Shown here one piece after another: positions 17,194 to 25,703 of a stretch of 64,000 nucleotides of DNA. The DNA is from Gemmatimonadota bacterium (GTDB lineage: Bacteria; Gemmatimonadota; Gemmatimonadetes; Longimicrobiales; Gaopeijiaceae). The notes below the pieces were generated by a model that worked only from the letters and a program-made list of their open reading frames with translations, was not told the DNA's origin and searched no databases. Within the stretch, counting starts at the first letter, position 1; each line of letters begins with the position of its first letter. The position numbers and the translations under genes were made by a program. The stretch covers positions 1 to 64,000 of the forward strand of contig JBDHCV010000002.1 in assembly GCA_039591855.1 (NCBI GenBank). Direction: 5' to 3'.

Positions 17194-17226
17194 AAGCCCC
17201 GTAGTCGTTTAGGCTGCGGGGCTTTT
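17194..17226 (+). terminator. Hairpin plus short T-tract after repeat copy A (intrinsic-terminator-like). A homologous hairpin follows copy C at about 43043..43075.
   Basis: aagccccg...cggggctt 8-bp stem followed by ttctgtg. Confidence 0.35.
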
Positions 17227-17488
17227 CTGTGTCAAGCCCGGACTGTGCCACATCCTAACGTTCGCACTGGTCTCGTTTCAGGGGGTCACGTCACCGGAGG
17301 GATGATCCAGACGGGCACGGGCGGAGTTGACCCCTGAGGGGGGACAACTGTCCTACGCCACGGAGACCGGAGCGCACTTCGCCCGCGCTTGCAGCCCTAA
17401 ATCCGACTGTGCCAGAAACTGTGCCAGATTCGGGAGAAACTAACCCGGAAAAGGAGTTCTGGGCTGGACCTCGGCTCATCTCAGGGGG

Positions 17489-18877
17489 TCATGACCGCTC
17501 GCCGCGATTGGACCGGAAGAACTCGTGGTAGTGCTCCCGTAGTGCCTCGCGTAGCACGGTCTCGAAGGCGAGCAGCTCGAACCGTTGCTCCTTCCCAAGG
17601 GACTGGAGGAAGGGCGAGCGGTGGAAGCAGCGAAGGAAGATCCGGGGCTGCTCGGACTCCCGCCGAAGGACCAGTCCCGCGCGGAGGTTCACGAGCTCGT
17701 CCGACTCGCACAGCAGATAGATCGGGGTGCCCTCGATGGAGCTGACCTGAGTACCGACGGCCTCCCATGTACCCGGGTCGTCCAGGTCGAGATCGAGACC
17801 AAGAATCGGGACTGAAGTATCGCCCACGTCTGCCTTGAACCGTCGCAGGTGCAGAGTCGCCTCCGGGTCCACTACAACGACGGCCGCCAACTCGGCTCCC
17901 GCCTCCTTCAGCAGGAGTTCGAGAATGGTCTGGGCAAATCGACCGAATCCGGCCAATACGACGATGTCCCGCGCTTCCGTGGCCTCGAAATGAAGAGCGA
18001 GATGGATCTGATAAAGGTACGAAGCCGTCACCTGACGGGTATTGAACCCTTTGGGCACGGTGTGCCCCTTTGCTGCCCGCTCCACCGGGCGGAGCAGGGC
18101 GAGGTCTCCGACGTGGACCGCGATGGGTAGGTCCGGGGCGCCTGACTGGGCCGACCAGGCCAACTCCAGATTCGCCAGGTCGTCGTCCGTGACGACCACG
18201 AGGCCGAGAGCACCCTCGAGATGCAGAGGCGCCAATGCGTCCTCCCCCGCTCCAGACAGTCGGACGGTCTCCACGTCCGTCAGCTCTTCTGACCGATCGA
18301 CCTCGTCGGCCAGGAGGACCGGCACCTCCGGGTCCAACGATCGAATCGCGTTCAGGTAGATCCGTCCGATCGGGCCTCCCCCGACCACCACCATGTGCCC
18401 GCTCGATCGTCTCTTGAACCACTGGGGCCGAACGAGCTTGAGAAACGCCTCGGCGACGGCCGTCGTGGTGAGGGTGGGAGCGAGGAAGTAGGCCAGCCAG
18501 AGCATTCCGCGTCCCGCGGCGGACCCGCCGGTGGGTACCCCCAGGTCCAGCCCTCCGAAGACGAAGAGCCCCCCCGCATAATAGATCCAGGCGATCCACG
18601 GGTCCGAGGCGAGGGCAGGCCGCTCGCTGGTACCGACGCCAGTCGCGAATGCGACACCCGCCAGGACGAATACGGACAGGAAGGCGATCCATCGGAAGGA
18701 GCGCAGTGTCCGGGCGACCCGCTGGAGGGTGAGGCTCACCGTTGCGAAACCGGATTCAAGTGCCGGGAGCCACGCCCGCTGCCTCGCGGACCAGGGCGGT
18801 GACCACGGCTCGCCGGTCCTCGGAAACGGCGGCAATGAACGGTCCCGAGTGGGACACCGGATCCACCGCTCTACCAT
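17489..18877 (-). CDS. Two-TM ion-channel-like membrane protein with a cytoplasmic TrkA-N/RCK (Rossmann) domain and no GYG selectivity filter. The true start is probably downstream of the annotated ATG because the first ~120 nt overlap the IMPase gene.
   Basis: TM1 FRWIAFLSVFVLAGVAFATG, pore-helix-like WIAWIYYAGGLFVFGG, TM2 MLWLAYFLAPTLTTTAVAEAF, then HMVVVGGGPIGRIYLNAI (GxGxxG NAD-binding fold of RCK/TrkA-N). Confidence 0.55.
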   Translation of the reverse strand: MVERWIRCPTRDRSLPPFPRTGEPWSPPWSARQRAWLPALESGFATVSLTLQRVARTLRSFRWIAFLSVFVLAGVAFATGVGTSERPALASDPWIAWIYYAGGLFVFGGLDLGVPTGGSAAGRGMLWLAYFLAPTLTTTAVAEAFLKLVRPQWFKRRSSGHMVVVGGGPIGRIYLNAIRSLDPEVPVLLADEVDRSEELTDVETVRLSGAGEDALAPLHLEGALGLVVVTDDDLANLELAWSAQSGAPDLPIAVHVGDLALLRPVERAAKGHTVPKGFNTRQVTASYLYQIHLALHFEATEARDIVVLAGFGRFAQTILELLLKEAGAELAAVVVVDPEATLHLRRFKADVGDTSVPILGLDLDLDDPGTWEAVGTQVSSIEGTPIYLLCESDELVNLRAGLVLRRESEQPRIFLRCFHRSPFLQSLGKEQRFELLAFETVLREALREHYHEFFRSNRGERS

Positions 18878-19673
18878 CCAGATCGGTCACCATCCCACCC
18901 GCGCCCTTCATGAGCAGGATTCCCGCCGCCAGGTCGTACGGACTGGCGGGCCGCTTGGACCAGAGGTTGACGTAGACAAAGTCCCCACGGGCTGCTTCCA
19001 CCAGGGCCCAGGCAGGGGAGCCTCCCGGGGACCGGACCATCCGGACCGTCTCGGACTCCCAGGCCCGATACAGGCGCCCGACCAGATCCGACCCTCTTCT
19101 GCCCGGGTGGACGTTCACGAGGAGCGGCCCCGTTTCGGCGCCGGGCCCAGGGAGGGTAGCGCCGTAATCCGCCTCCCCGTAGACCGAGAGCTGCAACAAC
19201 CGTGTGGGCCTCCCAGCTGCGGCATAGCCGATCTGGCCGGTGGCCGGGTTGGACACCATTCCGAGTACCGGGACCCCATCTCGGAAGAGGGCGAGGGTGG
19301 TGGAGTACGTTTCGGTCCCGGTGAGAAACGCCCAGGTGCCGTCCACAGGATCCACGGCTAGAGCCATTCCCCGGTCGACCAGAACTCCACCCAGCTCCTC
19401 GCCCACCAGCACGGCATCCGGATCGAAGTCTCCGAGTCTGGAGGTGATCCGCTCCTCCACTCTCGTCTCGAGCTGCGTGACCGGAGATCCGTCGGTCTTA
19501 AGCGACACGTCGGCTTCCCCTCCCCGAGATCCCCGCACGGCTTGCGCTGCCTCGAGAAGGACATGCAGGCCGAACTCGACCCAGGCTGAGCTCACCTCTC
19601 CAGCTCTGGGAGGGGGGGCGTCGCCGGCTCGGAACCGCGCGATCACACTGGACTCGAGGTCGTTCAATGACAT
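18756..19673 (-). CDS. Inositol monophosphatase family protein (IMPase/SuhB/CysQ-like phosphatase)
   Basis: Signature AVDPVDGTWAFLTGTETYSTTLAL (DPxDGT) and C-terminal PYDLAAGILLMKGAGGMVTDLDG (WDxAAG-like). Start at the internal ATG of MSLNDLES, 4 nt after the stop of the upstream gene. Confidence 0.8.
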   Translation of the reverse strand: MSLNDLESSVIARFRAGDAPPPRAGEVSSAWVEFGLHVLLEAAQAVRGSRGGEADVSLKTDGSPVTQLETRVEERITSRLGDFDPDAVLVGEELGGVLVDRGMALAVDPVDGTWAFLTGTETYSTTLALFRDGVPVLGMVSNPATGQIGYAAAGRPTRLLQLSVYGEADYGATLPGPGAETGPLLVNVHPGRRGSDLVGRLYRAWESETVRMVRSPGGSPAWALVEAARGDFVYVNLWSKRPASPYDLAAGILLMKGAGGMVTDLDGRAVDPVSHSGPFIAAVSEDRRAVVTALVREAAGVAPGT

Positions 19674-19677
19674 CGCA

Positions 19678-22278
19678 TCATCCGGTTCGCGAGAGCATTT
19701 CTTCGGCCTCCGAGGATTCCACCTGCCCCCGTTCAGCCAGTTCCTGGATAGCACTCCGAATGAACTCCACCTGTCTACCCGGCACCCGGTTCACCACATC
19801 GGCCGTCAACGGCCACCAGCGAATCTCATCGAACTCGCCGCCGGGGTCGAATGCGGGAAGACCGACCCCCGGGTCGAGAAGAAGGAGGTAGGCCTTGCCC
19901 TCGACCCAGGCGTGGTCTGTTTGCCGTCGGTCGTAGGTGAATCCCTCCGAGACGAGCCAGGTCTCGGCATCTCCGACCGTCACCCCGGTCTCGTCCGCCA
20001 GGACACGGGCCACAGCAGCGGACGGCGCCTCTCCCGGCAGCACGAAGCCCTGCGGAAGGCCGAGATCGGAGCTTCCATCGACTCCTCCGAGGACGATCTC
20101 CAGGCTCCCCGAGGCTGACTCTCTTCGGACCACGAGCACCGCGACCGCCGCGTTGGGCCCCCAGAGCCCCAGGAGCCCACGACCCGCGATGCCCGTGCGG
20201 CCATGCGGGTTCAACGGCCGGCCCTCATCGTCCCGGAACCTCGCCTCAATGGCAGCGAGTGCCTCGGCGATCGATTGGTAGTCTTCCGGGTCGGCCCAGC
20301 CCCCTTCGCCTCGACTCCGGTCGCTCGATGTTACCGACGGGTCCACGTGGTAGGGCGGATCATACTCCTCGCAATCCAGCAACCACGGAGCCTGGTCGAT
20401 GGAGATCCTCTGCCGAGGCGGATACGAAGGCGGGCGCTCACCACGGATCTTCAGGTGGAAGTCGTCCTGGACCAGATCGAACACGAGGGCGTTCACCGAA
20501 CTGAGGGCATACAGGAGGGCCGGCACATCACACTCGCCCCTGTCCCGGCGCTTGTCGAAGCTCAGCGTGTGCAGAGCGTATCGAAGTAGCGCGACACGGT
20601 AGGCCAGCCAGTCGTCCCCCTCCTTGAGCAGGAAATACGACTCCCGTATCCGGCGCACGGCATCCAGGACCTTCCGGAAACGGAGATCCCACTTAACAAA
20701 CCGCAACTCGTCCGGCAGATTGGTCGACTCAGGGGGTATCGCGTGGGCCAGCAGGTAATCTTCCAGCTTATTGAGCCGATCCGCGTCCTCGAGCTCGAAC
20801 TCCTTGCTCATGACGAACTTGACGTCACTCTCCATCTTTGCGAAGTCGAGTTCGAGCGGTGCCTGGCCACTGTGTGTCCAATCGATGAACCATATGTTGT
20901 CGCCGTCATCACAGATGATGTTGGCGAAGTTCAGATCTCCGTGGCTCAAGCTAACGGTGCTCTCCAGGCCGTCCTCGTTGGCGGACACGAGCCGCAGGAG
21001 CTTCGCGAGGCGATCCACGTCGAGTCCCTCGGCGGAGTGGCCGGCCTCGGACACATAGCTCAGGATCAGCTCTGCGTTCTGGCGCATCCATCGGACCTGT
21101 TGCTCCGTATGCAGGCCGAAGGCGCGATAAGGCGCGACCCAACTCCGGTCCGCAGTGTTTCCGTATAGCTTTTCGGAGAGGAGTCCCAGGGACCTGTCCA
21201 GCCGGCGCATGAACCGCTCTAGCCCCGCCTCTCCCTCCGCCTCTTCAAAGGTGTCCTGAAGCGTCTGGGGACGGCCCTCCATGGCGGCGAGATCCATCCC
21301 CACCCCGATCGAATCGCCGAGGGCCACAGGGTAGCCGAAGGTCGGTACGTGCTTCCCGAAGAAGTCCTTTACCTGGTGATACCCGTTCAACTCCCGCCGC
21401 ATCTGCTCGAATGCGTCGATCTTCACGACCAGGGGCTCGGTCCGGGCGTTCCCCTTCCAGCCATCCGCCAGGAACAAGAGGCTGCCGCTGAACCCACCGG
21501 CCAGTGGGCGCAGCCGGGCGCGGCTCCAGTGCATGCAGAGAAGCTCGACGATCCTGCGTTCGGAGTCTTGCAGAGCCTCCAGGGCTTCCGGCGGCTCGAT
21601 GGCCACGGGAGCGAACCCAGAGCCGTCGATGCGTTCCGGATCCAGCCCCACGAAACGTGCGGCCTCTTCCAGATCCAGGATCACGTCGATCCCCGATGCG
21701 GGAAGCGTGTGGCGCAACGCCGCGAGATGGGCCTCTTGGGTGGAACTTCCGACCAGATGCGGACAGACCGCCACTCGCTCACAACGCCAGACGTTCCGCA
21801 GGAAGGACGCGAGGCCCAGAACTCTCCTTTCGGTGTGGCAGCCCACGACCAGGAAGGGAATGTCCCGGACGGCGTCGGCGTCGAGACCCATGTCCTGGAG
21901 TGCCCGACCGAGGCCGTCCGCGGGGATCACTCCCGGTGGAGCGGACACGGTGACGGCTGCTTCGGCCGGGTGGGTCAGAGGATCGATGACGGCGGTGGAC
22001 CCCGGTACCGGAGCCTCACCGGGCTTGGCCTCCGGCTTCAGCCCCGGCTCCAACAGGATCAGCGCAGGGTCGCCGGCGCCTCCCACGCTCTCCGCCACCG
22101 CCTCCAGGAAGACGACCAGGGGTCCATCTCCGAACGTCTTCCCTCTCCCGACCAGTCGCTCGATCTCCCGGTCCCCGACGTTGTCACGGGACGTGCGGTG
22201 GGGATGGTCCGGGCTAAGGAAGTCGGGGGCGAGACCGTCCGCGATCACGATCGCGCGCACGGAGTCTTGGTCTTTCAC
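19678..22278 (-). CDS. 866-aa three-domain fusion protein: N-terminal isochorismatase/cysteine-hydrolase-like domain, central aminoglycoside-phosphotransferase (APH/choline-kinase fold) kinase-like domain, C-terminal NUDIX hydrolase domain
   Basis: N-terminal IPFLVVGCHTERRVLG is a candidate Cys nucleophile region. Central GGFSGSLLFLADGW (Gly-rich loop), VSLSHGDLNFANII (HGDxxxxN catalytic loop) and IWFIDWTHSG (IDW) mark the APH fold. C-terminal GFVLPGEAPSAAVARVLADETGV fits the Nudix box Gx5Ex7REUxEExGU. GTG start overlaps the TGA stop of the upstream K+ channel gene (GTGA coupling). Confidence 0.65.
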   Translation of the reverse strand: MKDQDSVRAIVIADGLAPDFLSPDHPHRTSRDNVGDREIERLVGRGKTFGDGPLVVFLEAVAESVGGAGDPALILLEPGLKPEAKPGEAPVPGSTAVIDPLTHPAEAAVTVSAPPGVIPADGLGRALQDMGLDADAVRDIPFLVVGCHTERRVLGLASFLRNVWRCERVAVCPHLVGSSTQEAHLAALRHTLPASGIDVILDLEEAARFVGLDPERIDGSGFAPVAIEPPEALEALQDSERRIVELLCMHWSRARLRPLAGGFSGSLLFLADGWKGNARTEPLVVKIDAFEQMRRELNGYHQVKDFFGKHVPTFGYPVALGDSIGVGMDLAAMEGRPQTLQDTFEEAEGEAGLERFMRRLDRSLGLLSEKLYGNTADRSWVAPYRAFGLHTEQQVRWMRQNAELILSYVSEAGHSAEGLDVDRLAKLLRLVSANEDGLESTVSLSHGDLNFANIICDDGDNIWFIDWTHSGQAPLELDFAKMESDVKFVMSKEFELEDADRLNKLEDYLLAHAIPPESTNLPDELRFVKWDLRFRKVLDAVRRIRESYFLLKEGDDWLAYRVALLRYALHTLSFDKRRDRGECDVPALLYALSSVNALVFDLVQDDFHLKIRGERPPSYPPRQRISIDQAPWLLDCEEYDPPYHVDPSVTSSDRSRGEGGWADPEDYQSIAEALAAIEARFRDDEGRPLNPHGRTGIAGRGLLGLWGPNAAVAVLVVRRESASGSLEIVLGGVDGSSDLGLPQGFVLPGEAPSAAVARVLADETGVTVGDAETWLVSEGFTYDRRQTDHAWVEGKAYLLLLDPGVGLPAFDPGGEFDEIRWWPLTADVVNRVPGRQVEFIRSAIQELAERGQVESSEAEEMLSRTG

Positions 22279-23648
22279 AGCAGCACTCCCTCGAGTAGCA
22301 GGTCCGAACTCAGGTCACTTCGCTCCGAGGAGACCCGCTTGAGCACGTCGCGGAACTCCGGGTACGTATCGCGTATGGCTCCAAAGTCCCGCTCGCTCAG
22401 TGAGAATGTCTCGCTGAAGGTCAGCGCGCGCACGGAACCGGTACGTTTCTCGTTTAGCAACATGGACAGGTCGCCAAAGTAATCTCCCTCTCGGAGTACG
22501 CCGACCCGGTGTTGCTCCGGGGACAGGACCTCCAACTGGCCCTGGGTCAGGAATTGAATCTCCGCCCCGGCCTCGCCAGCGTGGGAGACCCAACTTCCTG
22601 GGACGAAGACCCGCGGCTGCAGGGCCATGAGGAGGACGTCCCGCAACGGCCGGCTGCATTCCCGGAAGAGTGGTACGTGCCGTGTGAGGTCTCCGGCAAG
22701 ATGGGCCAGCACATCGAGACGGATCGAATCGGGGAGGTCCTGGAGGGCCTCTCGGGCTGAGATCCCCCTGTATCGAGCCCAGACGTAGTCGTGGTAGTCA
22801 CGGACCTGCCGGGTAAGCTCCTGAGGCACTTTCCGGTTCTTCAGGTACTGGTTCACCGAGTCGACACGGTTGCGGAATACGGCCCGTGCCGAATCGATGC
22901 TCGAGACCAGCGCAGCAATATTCCCGATGATGTAAGCCCACAGGGATGCCCCCAGGAGCATGACCGCCATCGCGAAGCCGTACTCCAGGTTGTGCCGGGG
23001 GGTGATGTCGCCGTACCCGACGGCGGTCATGGTCACGATCGCCCAGTAAAGTGAGCGAACGTACTGCGTTCCTCGGGTCTCGCCCACCAGTCCTTCGACG
23101 GCGGCCCATGAATCGGGCGGGAATCCGGCGGCATGGTCCATCAAGAACCACGCGCTCGCCGTCCAGTGGAGGAACAGGGTCGCCACGGCAGCGAGCTTGG
23201 CGATCCGAAGAACGCCGAGGTTCGCCCTTCCCTGGGCCTCCCACCTCCGGAAGATCAGGAACATCCGCGCCACCCGGAGGAGTCGGGGAACCCGGGCCCA
23301 GAGGACGATCGACACCCCCCCAACGGAGACGGACGCCCAGGGGAGGAGTAGCAAGTCGAACGGGATCGATCCGAGGAGATCGACACCGAACATGCCGCCC
23401 CCATACCGCCCTCGCACCGACTCGGGTTCGCTGACCTCGACGCCTCCCGTGCGATAACTCGTGCGGAAGTTGAGAGCGATGTCGGCGAGGAAGAAAGCAT
23501 CGATCAGGTAAAGCCCGATCGATGAAAGGAGGATGGGTCGGTGTACGAAGCCCACCTGGTACGGAACCAACAGGCACGAAACGCCGACCAGAACGAGCGC
23601 GACAAGATCCCATCGGGATCGGAACCGCGACCCCTCAGGGATGATCAC
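22275..23648 (-). CDS. Cyclic-nucleotide-gated potassium channel (voltage-gated-like 6TM K+ channel with a C-terminal cNMP-binding domain, MloK1-like)
   Basis: Selectivity filter TMTAVGYGDITP. C-terminal CNB-domain features LREGDYFGDLSMLL ... RTGSVRA (cAMP/cGMP phosphate-binding-cassette-like). Confidence 0.8.
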   Translation of the reverse strand: MIIPEGSRFRSRWDLVALVLVGVSCLLVPYQVGFVHRPILLSSIGLYLIDAFFLADIALNFRTSYRTGGVEVSEPESVRGRYGGGMFGVDLLGSIPFDLLLLPWASVSVGGVSIVLWARVPRLLRVARMFLIFRRWEAQGRANLGVLRIAKLAAVATLFLHWTASAWFLMDHAAGFPPDSWAAVEGLVGETRGTQYVRSLYWAIVTMTAVGYGDITPRHNLEYGFAMAVMLLGASLWAYIIGNIAALVSSIDSARAVFRNRVDSVNQYLKNRKVPQELTRQVRDYHDYVWARYRGISAREALQDLPDSIRLDVLAHLAGDLTRHVPLFRECSRPLRDVLLMALQPRVFVPGSWVSHAGEAGAEIQFLTQGQLEVLSPEQHRVGVLREGDYFGDLSMLLNEKRTGSVRALTFSETFSLSERDFGAIRDTYPEFRDVLKRVSSERSDLSSDLLLEGVLL

Positions 23649-23667
23649 GCTGGCAACCCCAGGATCC

Positions 23668-24000
23668 TCAGAACCCCTCCAGGGCTTCGGCCTCCGTGCC
23701 GAATACGCTCAAGATCATGCTGAAGCCGGAGATCTCGAACACCTCGTTCACGGTCTCGTTCAGACCGCAAATCCGAAGGTTACCACCGGAGGCCGACATC
23801 TTCTTCGCAGTGCCGAGAAGCACACGGAGTCCTGCGCTGCTGATGTAGTCCAGATCCTGGAAGTTGACGATGATTTTCTTCACGCCCTCAGCCCCCAGCC
23901 GGTCAAGGCTGTCCTGTGCCTCCGGGGCAGTGTTGGTATCGAGGTTCCCCTCGAAGTGGACGACGCTCACGTCGCCCTGATCATTGACCGAGATGTTCAC
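23668..24000 (-). CDS. STAS-domain anti-sigma-factor antagonist (RsbV/SpoIIAA-like)
   Basis: 110 aa. DYISSAGLRVLLG carries the conserved phosphorylatable Ser/Thr region of SpoIIAA-type STAS proteins. Confidence 0.75.
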   Translation of the reverse strand: MNISVNDQGDVSVVHFEGNLDTNTAPEAQDSLDRLGAEGVKKIIVNFQDLDYISSAGLRVLLGTAKKMSASGGNLRICGLNETVNEVFEISGFSMILSVFGTEAEALEGF

Positions 24001-24008
24001 GTGCGATG

Positions 24009-25703
24009 CTACTCCTTGTCGCTCTCTGAGAGGTACTTGACGAGCACGACCACGTTTCGGTCGGTACGTCGGGTATAGGACACCTCGTCCATCAGACTTT
24101 CGACGAGGTGGATGCCCAACCCGCCGATTTCACGCTCGTCGACGGGTTGGGCAGTATCCGGGGAAATGCGGCCAAATGGGTTGAACGGTCGACCGTCATC
24201 GGCCATGCGAACCGCGAGTCGGTCCGAAGACAGCTCGACATGGATGTCGATGATACGCTCGAGGTCATCCTCATAGGCATAGGAAATCACGTTGTTCAGA
24301 AGATCGTCGAAGACGAGCTTCAGACTCCTGCGGACCCGGGTCGGTAGCCCATGCAACTCCGCGAATTCGTCGAACGCACGGTTCACGGCGTCGATCTCTT
24401 CGTAGCGGTTCCGAGCTTCGAGGTGGAGTCTGTGGACGTCGGAAACACCGAGGGCTCGTCCCGCGAACTTGACTGCGAGAACCGTGACGTCATCCGCCTG
24501 CTCTGCGTCAGCCTGGAACCGCCACACGTCCTCGGTCGAGGCCCCCACCACCTCTTCCACGGAGGGCGACTCCTGGGCGCTCAACACCTCCACCAAGCGC
24601 GCCTCCTCGTAGAGGGTCCCCGCTGGGTCCATTGCCTCGGTGACCCCATCCGTATACAGAAAGACGAGATCATCAGGCTGCAGAGTCGTGGACTCTTGGC
24701 CATAGACCAGCCCCTCGACGGCCCCGACCACCGGGCCGTGGCGCGCGTCGAGGCGCACGGGATCACCCCCGTCAGGCTTCACGTAGGGCGGGTTGTGCCC
24801 AGCATTCGTGTACACGAGCGCGCCGGAAGTCACATCGAGGATTCCGAGCCACAGGGTCACGAACATGGCGGAGTCGTTATTCCGCGCGATCTCCTCGTTG
24901 ACGTGGGTCATTATGCTCGCGGGCGAGAAGTCGTTCGAGGCGCGGGACTTGATGAGCGTTTTGGTCACGGCCATGAACAGCGCGGCCGGGACACCTTTCC
25001 CCGACACGTCCCCGACGCAGAAGCAGAAGCGATCCTCGTCGATAAGGAAGAAGTCGTAGAAGTCGCCCCCGACCTCACGAGCAGGCTCCAGTGTGGCGAA
25101 GACCGTGAACTCGTTCCTGTGGGGGTACGGGGGGAACTCCAGGGGCAACATGCTCATCTGGATGTCCCGACCGATGTTCAGTTCGCTCTCCATCCGCTCC
25201 TTTGCGGTGGTGGTCCGACGAAGGTCGTCGAACGATGCTTGCAGCTCCCGGTTCTTGACCGTCAGCTCCTGCATCAATGCGTCCCGGCCCTTTTGCTCGA
25301 TGAGTCTTCGGAGGCGACCGATCACCGAGTCCGTGAGCCCATTCTTCGGTATCTGCACGAGATCGACACCGAGACGCAGGCCAGGGATCCCATCGACTTC
25401 GGCGGGCTGAACGGTGTCGAAGAACGCCTCGGCCATTCCGCGGTCGATCTCATCTCGGACACCAACCAGCTCGAGAACGAACTCTGGCGGCTCCCGATCC
25501 GTGCGGATCCCGACCTCGATCCGACCGTCCTCGGAATGGCGGTCGACCAACCGGATAAGCTGTGATGTGGCGGATGCGATCCGACTTGCCAGCATCCCGT
25601 CTCGAGTCAGCTCCTCGAGCGCGAGCCGAACGTTCCTTCGTCGTTCCCGGACTGAACCGGTAGCCCCTACCGACAACGAGCCGAGCCTGATCATCGCTCC
25701 CAC
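24009..25703 (-). CDS. PP2C-type phosphatase (SpoIIE/RsbU-like) fused to a C-terminal RsbW-like HATPase_c anti-sigma kinase domain
   Basis: PP2C motifs VGGDFYDFFLIDEDRFCFCVGDVSGKGVPAALFMAV and YTDGVTEA. C-terminal ATP-lid GGLGIHLVESLMDEVSY. Coiled-coil N-terminal region as in RsbU. Confidence 0.75.
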   Translation of the reverse strand: MGAMIRLGSLSVGATGSVRERRRNVRLALEELTRDGMLASRIASATSQLIRLVDRHSEDGRIEVGIRTDREPPEFVLELVGVRDEIDRGMAEAFFDTVQPAEVDGIPGLRLGVDLVQIPKNGLTDSVIGRLRRLIEQKGRDALMQELTVKNRELQASFDDLRRTTTAKERMESELNIGRDIQMSMLPLEFPPYPHRNEFTVFATLEPAREVGGDFYDFFLIDEDRFCFCVGDVSGKGVPAALFMAVTKTLIKSRASNDFSPASIMTHVNEEIARNNDSAMFVTLWLGILDVTSGALVYTNAGHNPPYVKPDGGDPVRLDARHGPVVGAVEGLVYGQESTTLQPDDLVFLYTDGVTEAMDPAGTLYEEARLVEVLSAQESPSVEEVVGASTEDVWRFQADAEQADDVTVLAVKFAGRALGVSDVHRLHLEARNRYEEIDAVNRAFDEFAELHGLPTRVRRSLKLVFDDLLNNVISYAYEDDLERIIDIHVELSSDRLAVRMADDGRPFNPFGRISPDTAQPVDEREIGGLGIHLVESLMDEVSYTRRTDRNVVVLVKYLSESDKE

